From an uncultured Conexibacteraceae bacterium (GTDB lineage Bacteria > Actinomycetota > Thermoleophilia > Solirubrobacterales > 70-9), in assembly GCA_964540905.1 (NCBI GenBank), contig CAZIOS010000003.1, positions 43,148 to 107,147 of the forward strand: a DNA stretch of 64,000 nt, written 5' to 3'. Every line of letters starts with the position of its first letter. The first letter of the stretch is position 1. The notes under the pieces are model-generated. The model worked only from the letters and a program-made list of their open reading frames with translations, searched no databases and had not been told where the DNA came from. Shown piece after piece: positions 1 to 8,458 of this stretch. A program made the position numbers and the translations under genes.

Positions 1-118
1 GAGTAGCCGGCCGCCAGCTCGAGGCCGACGCCCTCCAGCGCGGTGCGTTCGCCGTAGTCGCGGCGCAGGCCGGCGAGGTGCAGCGCCGGCTGGTCCGCTG
101 GCGGGTTTTCCGAGCTCA
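1..118 (-). CDS. ABC transporter ATP-binding protein, N-terminal fragment (gene runs off window start)
   Basis: Minus strand from GTG at 118 reads VSSENPPADQPALHLAGLRRDYGERTALEGVGLELAAGY, the usual lead-in to a Walker A motif. High GC3. Truncated by the window start, so absent from the ORF track. Confidence 0.45.
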
Positions 119-154
119 CGCGGGGATTGTGAAGGTCCGCGACGCACCGCCCGC

Positions 155-189
155 GGCGACTTTCTGTCGCATAGCGTAAGAAAGTCGCC
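155..189 (-). terminator. hairpin just downstream of aldehyde dehydrogenase gene
   Basis: GGCGACTTTCT (155-165) pairs with AGAAAGTCGCC (179-189): 11-bp perfect stem, 13-nt loop, 10 nt after the minus-strand stop at 199. No clear U-tract. Confidence 0.35.
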
Positions 190-198
190 GCACGTGCC

Positions 199-1794
199 CT
201 AGCTGCGCTTCCGCAGCGTGCGGCGGCCGACCTGCAGCAGCGGCGCCGCGCCCTCACGCAGCGCCTCGGTCCGGGTCGCGCCGCTGCCGTAGAGCAGCTT
301 CGCCGAGGCCCGCACCGCTTCGCCCAGGGTGCGGTCGTAGGGGTGCCACCAGAAGTCGCGGGTCAGGCCCGGCTCCCAGGCGTTGAGCTTGATGTTGACG
401 CACTCGTAGAAGCCGAATTTGGAGTGCGAGCGGCCGACGCCGGAGTCCTTGACCCCGCCCCAGGAGCACTGGCAGGCGCCGTGGCTGAAGGAGTGGTCGT
501 TGATCCAGACCATTCCCGACTCGATCCGGCGGGCGATCCGTTTGCCCTTCTGGCGGTCCTTGGTCCAGACCGAGGCGCCGAGGCCGAACTCGGAGTCGTT
601 GGCGAGCTCGATCGCCTTCTGCTCGGACTCGACGACGACGATCGGCAGCACCGGGCCGAAGATCTCCTCGCGCATGATCCGCATCTGCTGGGTGACGCCG
701 GTCAGCACGGTCGGGGCGATGAACTTTCCGGGCAGGCCGGCGACCTCGGTCGGGCCGCCGCAGAGCCTGGTCGCACCGGCGGCCACGGCGTCCTCGATCA
801 GCTCGACGACGATCTCGTACTGGCCGTCGGAGGTCATCGGGCCGATCTCGGTCTCCCACTCGAGCGGGTCGCCGAGCCGCAGCTTCTCCGCCTCGCGGGC
901 GACGCCGGCGACGAAGCGCTCGGCGACCTCGCGGACGACGTAGACGCGCTCGATCCCCGAGCAGGTCTGGCCGGCGTTGGCGAAGCCGCCCCAGACGGCG
1001 CCGGCGACGGCGTTGTCGAGATCGGCGTCGGCGCAGACGATCATCGGGTCCTTGCCGCCGAGCTCCAGCACCGAGCCCTTGAGCAGGCCGGCGCAGACCT
1101 CGCCGACCCCGCGGCCGACGTCAACCGAGCCGGTGAAGAAGATCTTGCCGGCGCTGGAGCGGGCCAGCGCGTCGCCGACGGCGCCGCCGCCGTGGACGAC
1201 CCGGACCAGTCCCTCCGGCAGGCCTGCCCCCTCGAAGACCTGGCGGATGCGCTCGCCCAGCAGCGGCGTCAGGCTGGCCGGCTTGAGGACGACGCCGTTG
1301 CCGGCCATCAGCGCGATCGCGACCTCGCCGAAGGGGATCGACCAGGGGTAGTTCCAGGGGGCGATGACGCCGACCACGCCGATCGGCTCGTAGGAGAAGT
1401 GGGCGCTCTTGGAGAGGGTGAAGGCCTGGCTCATCCGCACCTTCTCGTCAGCGAGGATCTTCGGCCCGGCCTTGGCGCACCAGTGCAGGGCGTCGACCGT
1501 CGGCAGCAGCTCCATCGTGTAGGCCTCGGCCCGGGGCTTGCCCTGCTCGCGGACCAGCAGCTCGGCGACCTTGTCGATGTCGTCGAGCAGGGCGTCGGCG
1601 GCGCGGCGCATGTAGCCGGCGCGGGTCTTCAGCGAGAGCTCGGCCCAGGCGGGCTGGATGCGGGCGACGTCGTCGACCACCGATTGGACCTGGTCGGGGG
1701 TGATGGTGGGGACGGAGCCGACGAGGTCGCCGGTGGCGGGGTTGAAGGAGTCGAGGGTGGACAGGGCGGCGGGTTTCGGCTCGGTGGTTGCCAT
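199..1794 (-). CDS. aldehyde dehydrogenase family protein
   Basis: 531-aa ORF with ALDH hallmarks (VIAPWNYP, ELGGKDP, GQTCSGIERVYV, EEIFGPVLP). High GC3. Confidence 0.9.
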   Translation of the reverse strand: MATTEPKPAALSTLDSFNPATGDLVGSVPTITPDQVQSVVDDVARIQPAWAELSLKTRAGYMRRAADALLDDIDKVAELLVREQGKPRAEAYTMELLPTVDALHWCAKAGPKILADEKVRMSQAFTLSKSAHFSYEPIGVVGVIAPWNYPWSIPFGEVAIALMAGNGVVLKPASLTPLLGERIRQVFEGAGLPEGLVRVVHGGGAVGDALARSSAGKIFFTGSVDVGRGVGEVCAGLLKGSVLELGGKDPMIVCADADLDNAVAGAVWGGFANAGQTCSGIERVYVVREVAERFVAGVAREAEKLRLGDPLEWETEIGPMTSDGQYEIVVELIEDAVAAGATRLCGGPTEVAGLPGKFIAPTVLTGVTQQMRIMREEIFGPVLPIVVVESEQKAIELANDSEFGLGASVWTKDRQKGKRIARRIESGMVWINDHSFSHGACQCSWGGVKDSGVGRSHSKFGFYECVNIKLNAWEPGLTRDFWWHPYDRTLGEAVRASAKLLYGSGATRTEALREGAAPLLQVGRRTLRKRS

Positions 1795-1819
1795 CTGACG
1801 ATTCTAAGACGGAGCGTGG

Positions 1820-1889
1820 GAGGGGATCGGGAGAGGGGTCGGCGGAGCAACAGCGGGGAGGCTCCGGCGACCCCTCTCCCGATCCCCTC
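1820..1889. repeat. 70-bp near-perfect palindrome in divergent promoter region
   Basis: GAGGGGATCGGGAGAGGGGTCG (1820-1841) is the exact reverse complement of 1868-1889: 22-bp arms. The 26-nt spacer itself contains a CGGAGC/GCTCCG inner stem. Confidence 0.8.
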
Positions 1890-1903
1890 ATACTCACCCG
1901 CAG

Positions 1904-3256
1904 GTGAACGACCAGTTGTTCGACACGGGAGACACGGGACGACCGGGGGACGCCGGCCGGACCGGGAGGGATGAGGTGCCGAAGGACGCGCCCCTCGCGG
2001 TGCGGATGCGGCCGCGGACGTTGGATGAGGTAGTTGGTCAGGAGCACGTCGTCGGGCCGGGGTCGGCGCTGCGGGCCGCGATTGAGAGTGGGCGGCCGCA
2101 CAGCGCGATCCTCTATGGGCCGCCGGGGAGTGGGAAGACGACGCTGGCGCGGATCGCGGCTTCGACCGCGGCGGGGGCGTTCGAGGAGGAGTCGGCGGTC
2201 AACGCCGGGAAAGCGGAGATCCGCGGGGTGATCGAGCGGGCGAAAGAGCGGCGCCGCGGCGCCGGGCGACCGACGGTGCTCTTCCTCGACGAGATCCATC
2301 GCTTCAACAAGGCCCAGCAGGACGCGCTGCTGCCGGCGGTCGAGGAAGGGCTGCTGACGCTGATCGGGGCGACCACCGAGAACCCCTACTTCGAGGTCAA
2401 CTCGGCGCTGCTCTCGCGCAGCCAGGTCTACGAGCTGGCGCCGCTCGAGCCGGCCCAGGTCGAGGCGCTGCTGCGGCGGGCGCTGGCCGATCCCGAGCGC
2501 GGGATCGCCGCGCCGCCGCCGGTCGCCGAGGAGGCGCTGGCGATGCTGGCCGAGCGCAGCGGCGGCGACGCCCGGGTCGCGCTCTCGGCGCTGGAGCGCG
2601 CCGCCGAGCGGGCCCAGGGCCAGCCGGTCGACGTCGCCGCGATCGAGGACGCGCTGCAGCGGCGGGCGATCGACTACGACCGCCAGGGGGACCGCCACTA
2701 CGACTTCGTCTCGGCCTGGATCAAGGCCACCCGCGGCTCCGACGTCGACGCCTCGCTCTACTACCTGGCGGTGATGCTGGAGGGAGGCGAGGACCCGCGC
2801 TTCATCGCCCGCCGCATGGTCATCCTCGCCTCCGAGGACGTCGGCAACGCCGACCCGCAGGCGCTGCTCATCGCCGACGCCGCCGCCCGCGCGGTCGACC
2901 GGGTGGGGCTGCCGGAGTGCGCCCTGAACCTTGCCCAGGCTGCCGTCTACCTGGCGCTGGCGCCGAAGTCCAACGCCTCCTACAGGGCCCTTGCCGCCGC
3001 CCGCGCCGAGGTCCGCGAGCAGGGGGCGAAGACGCCGCCGGACTACTTGCGCGACGCCCACTACCCGGGTGCGGAGAAGCTCGGCCGCGGCAGCGGCTAC
3101 CGCTACGCCCACGACGAGCCGGGCGCGGTCAGCGACCAGCAGCTGCTGCCGGAGGGCCTGGAGGGACGCCGCTTCTATGCTCCGACCGAGCGCGGTTTCG
3201 AGGCCGAGCTGGGGCGCCGCCTGGAGGCGCTGCGAAAGAAATTCGGCCGCGCCTAG
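1904..3256 (+). CDS. rarA: replication-associated recombination protein A (AAA+ ATPase RarA/MgsA)
   Basis: GPPGSGKTTLARI Walker A, LFLDEIHRFNKAQQD Walker B/sensor, GATTENPYFEVNSALLSR, and the C-terminal MgsA domain (YDFVSAWIKATRGSD, LYYLAVML). GTG start. Confidence 0.92.
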   Translation: MNDQLFDTGDTGRPGDAGRTGRDEVPKDAPLAVRMRPRTLDEVVGQEHVVGPGSALRAAIESGRPHSAILYGPPGSGKTTLARIAASTAAGAFEEESAVNAGKAEIRGVIERAKERRRGAGRPTVLFLDEIHRFNKAQQDALLPAVEEGLLTLIGATTENPYFEVNSALLSRSQVYELAPLEPAQVEALLRRALADPERGIAAPPPVAEEALAMLAERSGGDARVALSALERAAERAQGQPVDVAAIEDALQRRAIDYDRQGDRHYDFVSAWIKATRGSDVDASLYYLAVMLEGGEDPRFIARRMVILASEDVGNADPQALLIADAAARAVDRVGLPECALNLAQAAVYLALAPKSNASYRALAAARAEVREQGAKTPPDYLRDAHYPGAEKLGRGSGYRYAHDEPGAVSDQQLLPEGLEGRRFYAPTERGFEAELGRRLEALRKKFGRA

Positions 3257-3332
3257 ATTCCGCCGCAACTTATCCAGGCTGCCTGGGTTTTAGGGTCGGC
3301 TTTCCAAGCTAGAGCCAGGGAGAGCCGATATA

Positions 3333-3367
3333 CCGGCCGGAGGCCTGGACTGGGGGCCTCCGGCCGG
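3333..3367 (+). terminator. GC-rich hairpin 1 downstream of rarA
   Basis: CCGGCCGGAGGCC (3333-3345) pairs with GGCCTCCGGCCGG (3355-3367): 13-bp perfect stem, 9-nt loop. Confidence 0.5.
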
Positions 3368-3383
3368 GACTTAACAGGGGGGA

Positions 3384-3418
3384 GAGGGCGCCGAGGGGGA
3401 CCTTGCCTCGGCGCCCTC
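3384..3418 (+). terminator. GC-rich hairpin 2 downstream of rarA
   Basis: GAGGGCGCCGAGG (3384-3396) pairs with CCTCGGCGCCCTC (3406-3418): 13-bp perfect stem, 9-nt loop. Confidence 0.4.
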
Positions 3419-3429
3419 CGCATTCCGCG

Positions 3430-3481
3430 GGGGTGTCTGACTTAAGGGGTGCATATATGACCCCCTGAAGTCAGACACCCC
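3430..3481 (+). other. long hairpin abutting the start codon of the DUF1385 gene
   Basis: GGGGTGTCTGACTT (3430-3443) pairs with AAGTCAGACACCCC (3468-3481): 14-bp outer stem. Inner GGGGT/ACCCC stem around an AT-rich loop GCATATATG. The ATG follows at 3482. Confidence 0.5.
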
Positions 3482-4333
3482 ATGGCCTATCGTGGCCGGA
3501 TGGCGGCGAACGAGCCCGAGCGGCTGCGACTCGGTGGCATGGCCCTCCGCAACGGGCTGCTGATCCACGGCCCGACCCACTGGGCCGCCGCCGTCCGCGA
3601 CCGCGACGGCGAGATCCAGGTCGCCTCCGAGCGCAAGCCGGAGCTGGCCCCCGCCCTGGTGGCGCGGGCGCCGGGGCTGCGCGGCCCGATCAAACTCGCC
3701 GAGGCGATGGCGGTGCTGCCGCTGGCGCGGCGGCGGCTGCGGGCGGCGCGGCTGCCCTTCGAGGACTGGCGCGTGATCGCCGCGGTCGGCACCACGCTCG
3801 TCGCGACCAGCCTGTTGCGGCGGCGGGTCCGCCCCTCCGCCTGGCGCGAGGGCCTGGCGCAGGTGCTGGGGGCGGTGCCGGCGGTAGCGGCGCTGATGGA
3901 CCGCGACCTCGCCGCCTACCACGGGGTCGAGCACAAGGCGATCGCTGCCTACGAGCAGCGGATCGACGACGTCGCCTCGGTGCCGAAAGAGCACGACCGC
4001 TGCGGCTCCAACCTGATCGTGCCGATGATGCTGCTCTCGGCCGGCGGCACCCTGCTGCTGGAGCGCTTGGTCGAGGAGCCGAGCCAGGTGGTGCGCGCCG
4101 GTGTCGGCCTCGCCGGCGCCTCGGCGGCGGTCGAGATGTTCGCCTGGAGCGACCGCCACCACGGCGAGCCCCTGGCCGAGGCCTTCCACACCCCCGGTCG
4201 CGAGATCCAGCGCCACCTCGCGACCAGGGAGCCGACCCCCGAGCAGCTCGAGGTCGGGCTGGCGGCGATGGCGGAGATCCTCCGCGTCGAGCACGGCGAC
4301 GGTGGCGGCGACGCGCTGCCGCCGGCCGCATAG
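3482..4333 (+). CDS. DUF1385 domain-containing protein (YqhQ-like)
   Basis: LGGMALRNGLLIHGP ... YHGVEHKAIAAYE ... DRCGSNLIVPMMLL resembles the DUF1385 pattern recalled from memory. Start uncertain (ATG 3482, 3500 or 3538). Confidence 0.75.
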   Translation: MAYRGRMAANEPERLRLGGMALRNGLLIHGPTHWAAAVRDRDGEIQVASERKPELAPALVARAPGLRGPIKLAEAMAVLPLARRRLRAARLPFEDWRVIAAVGTTLVATSLLRRRVRPSAWREGLAQVLGAVPAVAALMDRDLAAYHGVEHKAIAAYEQRIDDVASVPKEHDRCGSNLIVPMMLLSAGGTLLLERLVEEPSQVVRAGVGLAGASAAVEMFAWSDRHHGEPLAEAFHTPGREIQRHLATREPTPEQLEVGLAAMAEILRVEHGDGGGDALPPAA

Positions 4334-4343
4334 ACTGGCCGCC

Positions 4344-4754
4344 GTGTTCGGAAGGATCGACCATGTCGGAGTCGCCGTCGAGGACCTCGACGGCGCCCTC
4401 GCCCTCTACGAGCAGAGCTTCGAGATGCCGCTCGTGCACCGCGAGACGGTCGAGTCGCAGGGGGTCGAGGCGGTGCTGCTGGACGTCGGCGACGGCCACA
4501 TCGAGCTGCTGCGCCCGCTCGGCCCCGACACCGCCGTCGGCAAGTTCGTCGCCGCCAAGGGCGCCGGCCTGCACCACGTCGCCTACGCCGTCGACGACAT
4601 CGACGCGACCCTGGAGCGCCTCGTCGCCGCCGGCATCCGCCTGATCGACGCCGAACCGCGGACCGGCATCCGCGAGAGCCGCATCGCCTTCCTTCACCCC
4701 CGCTCCACCGGCGGGGTCCTGACCGAGATCGTCGAACCCGCGGGAGGGCACTGA
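4344..4754 (+). CDS. mce: methylmalonyl-CoA epimerase (VOC/glyoxalase fold)
   Basis: VFGRIDHVGVAVEDLD...GHIELLRPLGPDTAVGKFV...GLHHVAYAVDDID...FLHPRSTGGVLTEIVE. Trimmed from track ORF 4101..4754 to the in-frame GTG at 4344, because the upstream part is Arg/Ser/Pro junk. Confidence 0.85.
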   Translation: MFGRIDHVGVAVEDLDGALALYEQSFEMPLVHRETVESQGVEAVLLDVGDGHIELLRPLGPDTAVGKFVAAKGAGLHHVAYAVDDIDATLERLVAAGIRLIDAEPRTGIRESRIAFLHPRSTGGVLTEIVEPAGGH

Positions 4755-4975
4755 TGGCCAACGCACAGCGAGTCGAGATCGGCTTCGAGGGTGGGCAGGT
4801 GATCTCCGCCCGCCTCACCGAGGGCGATCTCAAGGACCTCCGCAAGCAGCTCGAGAAGGGCGGCTGGCACGACCTCCACACCGAGGACGGCGTGATCGCC
4901 GTCTACCTCGGCAAGGTCGCCTTCCTGCGGATCGAGTCGGGCGAGCACCGGGTCGGCTTCAGCCTCGGCGAGTGA
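4754..4975 (+). CDS. small conserved hypothetical protein (73 aa)
   Basis: ATGA stop/start overlap with mce and high GC3. Loose resemblance to actinobacterial DUF3107-type small proteins, from memory only. Confidence 0.6.
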   Translation: MANAQRVEIGFEGGQVISARLTEGDLKDLRKQLEKGGWHDLHTEDGVIAVYLGKVAFLRIESGEHRVGFSLGE

Positions 4976-5598
4976 TGCGGGCGCGGACGCTGCTGGGCAC
5001 CGCCGCCGCGGCGACCCTGGCCGCGGCGCTGTGGTGGCGCAAGAACCCCTCGGCCTGCCCCTACGGGCAGCGTTTCTGGGTCGAAGCTCCGCACCCGATC
5101 ATCAGCCGCGAGCGCCTGCGCGCGGTCCTGCGCCCGGCCCCCGGCGAGCGGATCGTCGAGATCGGCGTCGGCACCGGCTACTACAGCCTCGACCTCGCCG
5201 CGTGGATCGCCCCCGGTGGCACCCTCGAGCTCTTCGACCTGCAGCAGAAGTTCCTCGACCACACGATGCGCGCCGCCGCCGCCCGCGGCCTCGCCAACCT
5301 CGTCCCGACCCAGGGCGACGCCACCGCCCTCCCCTTCGAGGACGCCACCGTCGATGCCGCGATCCTGACCGCGGTCCTGGGAGAGATCCCCGAGCCCGTC
5401 GCCGCCCTCGAGGAGATCCGCCGCGTCCTCAAGCCGGATGGCCGCCTCGTCGTCGGCGAGCTCTTCGGCGATCCCCACTTCACCACCCTCGCCAGCCTCA
5501 AACGCCAGGCCGCCGAGGCCGGCCTCACCTTCGAGGAGCACTCCGGCAACTGGTTCGGCTACTTCGCCCGGCTGCTGCCGGCCAGCAGCGCCGCCTGA
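4972..5598 (+). CDS. class I SAM-dependent methyltransferase
   Basis: Motif I VEIGVGTGYY and post-motif LKPDGRLVV. The start overlaps the previous stop (GTGATG). Confidence 0.8.
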   Translation: MMRARTLLGTAAAATLAAALWWRKNPSACPYGQRFWVEAPHPIISRERLRAVLRPAPGERIVEIGVGTGYYSLDLAAWIAPGGTLELFDLQQKFLDHTMRAAAARGLANLVPTQGDATALPFEDATVDAAILTAVLGEIPEPVAALEEIRRVLKPDGRLVVGELFGDPHFTTLASLKRQAAEAGLTFEEHSGNWFGYFARLLPASSAA

Positions 5599-5616
5599 AC
5601 GACGCTCATCCCCAAG

Positions 5617-5844
5617 TCAGCCGCCCTTTGCCGCTTTCGCGACGATGCTCTTGAGGCGGCCGCGGTCGTGCTTGGAGACGTTGCCGGGGCGGCCCCTGGA
5701 GGCGGTGACGATGTGCAGCAGCTCCTTGCGCTCGGCCTCGGTCAGGTTGCCGAGGCGCTCGCGGCCCTGCGAGGCGAGCCAGGCGGCGGCGACCCAGACC
5801 TTCATCCAGGGGACGCGCTTGGCCAGCGAGAGAGGGGAGGGCAT
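5617..5844 (-). CDS. small basic hypothetical protein (75 aa)
   Basis: Very high GC3. Starts 2 nt after the stop of the upstream BtrH_N-like gene, so it is probably co-transcribed. Confidence 0.55.
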   Translation of the reverse strand: MPSPLSLAKRVPWMKVWVAAAWLASQGRERLGNLTEAERKELLHIVTASRGRPGNVSKHDRGRLKSIVAKAAKGG

Positions 5845-5846
5845 CG

Positions 5847-6848
5847 CTACTCCCTACCCGTCTCGGCGAGGGAGGACCAGAGGCGGTCCTCGGCCTCGAG
5901 CACCCGCTCGGCGGCGGTGCCGACCTCGGACCAGAGCGCCGGGTCGGCCTCGTCGCGCTCGCTCGCCGCCTTGAACGCCACCGCCAGCTCGGTCCAGCGT
6001 GCCCCGGCCGCCGCCGCCAGCGGTGCCTCGGCCCGTCCCGCCTCCGCCAGGAAGCGCGCATACATCGGCCGGAAGGCGCCACCACCGGTGCCGCGGCGCT
6101 CGATCACCTGGTAGGCGAAGCGGGCGCACCACTGCCAGTCCGCCGCCGCCTCGGGCCAGGAGCCGGCCTCGGCGGCGAGGCGGCGCACGGCGGGGATGCC
6201 GGCGAACTCGCCCCAGGTCGGTTCCAGCATCTCCTTCGCCGCCTGGGCGATTGCCCGCGGGACCGCCGCCTCGAGCTGCTCGCGGTCGACCGCGGCGGCG
6301 ACGGTGAACATGTGGCCTTCGAGCGGGTAGGCGGGATGGCCGCTGTGGCGGGCCTGGTCGAGGTGCTCGAGCTTGGTCGTCTGCAGCTGCTCGAAGCCGG
6401 TGTCGGAGAGGTGGGCGTCCTCCTCGTCGTAGCCGGCCAGCACCACCGCGTGGCCGGGGAAGTGGGCGGAGTTGCCGTAGTGGTCGAGGTAGTAGAGGTC
6501 GGTCAGCAGCAGCGCCGGGCGGCCGGCGTCGACCTGCGCCCGCGCCGCCTCCCAGGCGCCCTCGTCCCCAGGCGGGAAGGTCCGCAGCTCCAGCGCCGCC
6601 CCGGTGAGGTCGCGGAAGCTCTCCTCCAGCCGCGCCGTGCGGCCGTTGAACCAGCGGCTCGGCGAGCTGTCGTCGAGCGCCAGGTAGTAGAAGCTGGCGC
6701 CGGCGCCGAGCCCGAACGCCATCTCCTCGCTGAGCTCGATTCCGTGGAAGCCGAGCAGGTTGCGCAGCGCGGTCGAGCCGCAGTGGTGGCCGGGCGTGTG
6801 GACGTAGCCGGGAACCGAGGGCATGACCGCATACTGACTGAGCGGCAT
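5847..6848 (-). CDS. BtrH N-terminal domain / DUF4872-like protein (papain-like fold)
   Basis: The N-terminus HHCGSTALRNLLGFHGIELSEEMAFGLGAGASFYY matches the BtrH_N pattern as I recall it. 333 aa. Confidence 0.6.
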   Translation of the reverse strand: MPLSQYAVMPSVPGYVHTPGHHCGSTALRNLLGFHGIELSEEMAFGLGAGASFYYLALDDSSPSRWFNGRTARLEESFRDLTGAALELRTFPPGDEGAWEAARAQVDAGRPALLLTDLYYLDHYGNSAHFPGHAVVLAGYDEEDAHLSDTGFEQLQTTKLEHLDQARHSGHPAYPLEGHMFTVAAAVDREQLEAAVPRAIAQAAKEMLEPTWGEFAGIPAVRRLAAEAGSWPEAAADWQWCARFAYQVIERRGTGGGAFRPMYARFLAEAGRAEAPLAAAAGARWTELAVAFKAASERDEADPALWSEVGTAAERVLEAEDRLWSSLAETGRE

Positions 6849-6862
6849 ATCCTGCGGCGCCG

Positions 6863-7357
6863 ATGCACGAGCTCGACCTGAAGCTGCTGCGCCTGATGCG
6901 CACCCGCGGCCACAGCCCCGGGCTGGAGTCCGCCGCGGTGGCGCTGGGCAGGGCCGGCAACAACGGCGCGGTCTGGATCGCGCTCGGCGTCGCCCTCGCC
7001 CTGCTCGACCCCGAACGGCGCGAATCGTGGCTGATCTGCGCCGCCCTCGGGCCCCTCGCGATCGGCCTCAACTACGGGATCAAGCTGCTGGTCCGCCGCC
7101 CGCGACCGCAGCTCGAGGGCCTGCCAGCGCTCGGCGGCGCCCCCACCTCACTCAGCTTCCCCTCCGCCCACGCGGTCTCCTCGTTCGCGGTGGCGGTGGC
7201 GATGGTCCGGGTCGACCCGGCCACCGCCGGCGCCCTCGTCGTCGCCGTGGCGATCTCGCTCGGCCGCCCCTACCTGGGGATGCACTACCCGTCCGACGTC
7301 CTCGCCGGCGCCTTCATCGGCGTCGCCCTCGGGCTCGTGGTGCCCCTCTCGCTATGA
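6863..7357 (+). CDS. PAP2-family phosphatase (membrane)
   Basis: PAP2 motifs KLLVRRPRP, SFPSAHA and GMHYPSDVLAG. Confidence 0.8.
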   Translation: MHELDLKLLRLMRTRGHSPGLESAAVALGRAGNNGAVWIALGVALALLDPERRESWLICAALGPLAIGLNYGIKLLVRRPRPQLEGLPALGGAPTSLSFPSAHAVSSFAVAVAMVRVDPATAGALVVAVAISLGRPYLGMHYPSDVLAGAFIGVALGLVVPLSL

Positions 7358-8427
7358 AGGTCGGGATCGTCGGGCTGCCGAACGCCGGCAAGTCGACCCT
7401 CTTCAACGCCCTGACCAAGGGGGGCGCCCAGACCGGCGACTACCCGTTCACGACGATCGAGCCCAACGTGGCGATCGCCCAGGTTCCCGACGAGCGCCTG
7501 CAGAAGGTCGCCGAGACGGTGCGCAGCTCGAAGCTCGAACCGGCGACGATCTCCTTCCACGACATCGCCGGCCTGGTCAAGGGCGCCTCCGAGGGAGAGG
7601 GGCTCGGCAACCAGTTCCTCGCCTCGATCCGCGAGACCGACGCGATCTGCCACGTCGTCCGCTGCCACACCGAGTCCGGGGTGCCGCACCCCGACGGTCG
7701 CGTCGACCCGCTCGCCGACATCGAGACGATCGAGACCGAGCTGGTGCTCGCCGACTACGACCAGGTCGAGCGCCGGCTGGGGCGGGTCGGCAAGCAGGCG
7801 AAGACCGGCGACGCCGAGGCGATCGCCGAGCACGGCTGGCTGCAGGCGGTGTTCGAGGCGCTCGCCGCCGGGCGCCCGGCGCGCTCGGTGCCGGTCCCCG
7901 ACGCCGCCCCGAACGCGGCGCGCAACCTGCAGGGTCTGACCACCAAGCCGATCCTCTACGTCGCCAATGTCGACGAGGGCGACGCCGAGGTGCCCGAGGC
8001 GGTCGCCTCGCACGCCGCCGCGGCCGGCGCCGGCGCGGTCGCGGTCAGCGCCCGGATCGAGGGCGAGCTGGCCGAGCTCGACCCCGCCGAGGCCGAGGAG
8101 ATGCGCGAGTCCTACGGGGTCGAGGGCTCCGGCCTGGCGCGCCTCGTCCGCGCCGCCTATGAGCTGCTGGAGCTGATCACCTTCTTCACCGCCGGCGAGG
8201 GCAAGGAGGCGGTGGCGCGGCCGCTGCGGCGCGGCGCCACCGCGCTGGAAGCGGCCGACACGATCCACACCGAGATCATGGAAGCGTTCGTCAAAGCCGA
8301 GGCGATCGGCTGGGAGCAGCTAGTCGAGTGCGGTGGCTACGCCGCCGCCCGCGACCGGGGCCTGCTGCGGATCGAGGGCCGCGACTACGTCGTCCAGGAT
8401 GGCGACGTGATCACGATCAAGGTCTAG
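7354..8427 (+). CDS. ychF: redox-regulated ATPase YchF
   Basis: MKVGIVGLPNAGKSTLFNALT, YPFTTIEPN, and the C-terminal TGS-like RIEGRDYVVQDGDVITIKV. Trimmed from track ORF 7027..8427 to ATG 7354, which gives an ATGA overlap with the PAP2 stop. Confidence 0.93.
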   Translation: MKVGIVGLPNAGKSTLFNALTKGGAQTGDYPFTTIEPNVAIAQVPDERLQKVAETVRSSKLEPATISFHDIAGLVKGASEGEGLGNQFLASIRETDAICHVVRCHTESGVPHPDGRVDPLADIETIETELVLADYDQVERRLGRVGKQAKTGDAEAIAEHGWLQAVFEALAAGRPARSVPVPDAAPNAARNLQGLTTKPILYVANVDEGDAEVPEAVASHAAAAGAGAVAVSARIEGELAELDPAEAEEMRESYGVEGSGLARLVRAAYELLELITFFTAGEGKEAVARPLRRGATALEAADTIHTEIMEAFVKAEAIGWEQLVECGGYAAARDRGLLRIEGRDYVVQDGDVITIKV

Positions 8428-8458
8428 AGCGCAGGGACCGGGCCTCTAGGGTTTCCGT

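Noticed and set aside
343-3268. Long ORFs 343..1974 (+), 1448..3268 (-) and several nested ORFs overlapping the ALDH and rarA genes
   Set aside because: The translations are Arg/Gly/Pro/Ala-rich low-complexity strings in alternate frames of genes with clear family motifs. This is the typical high-GC open-frame artefact.
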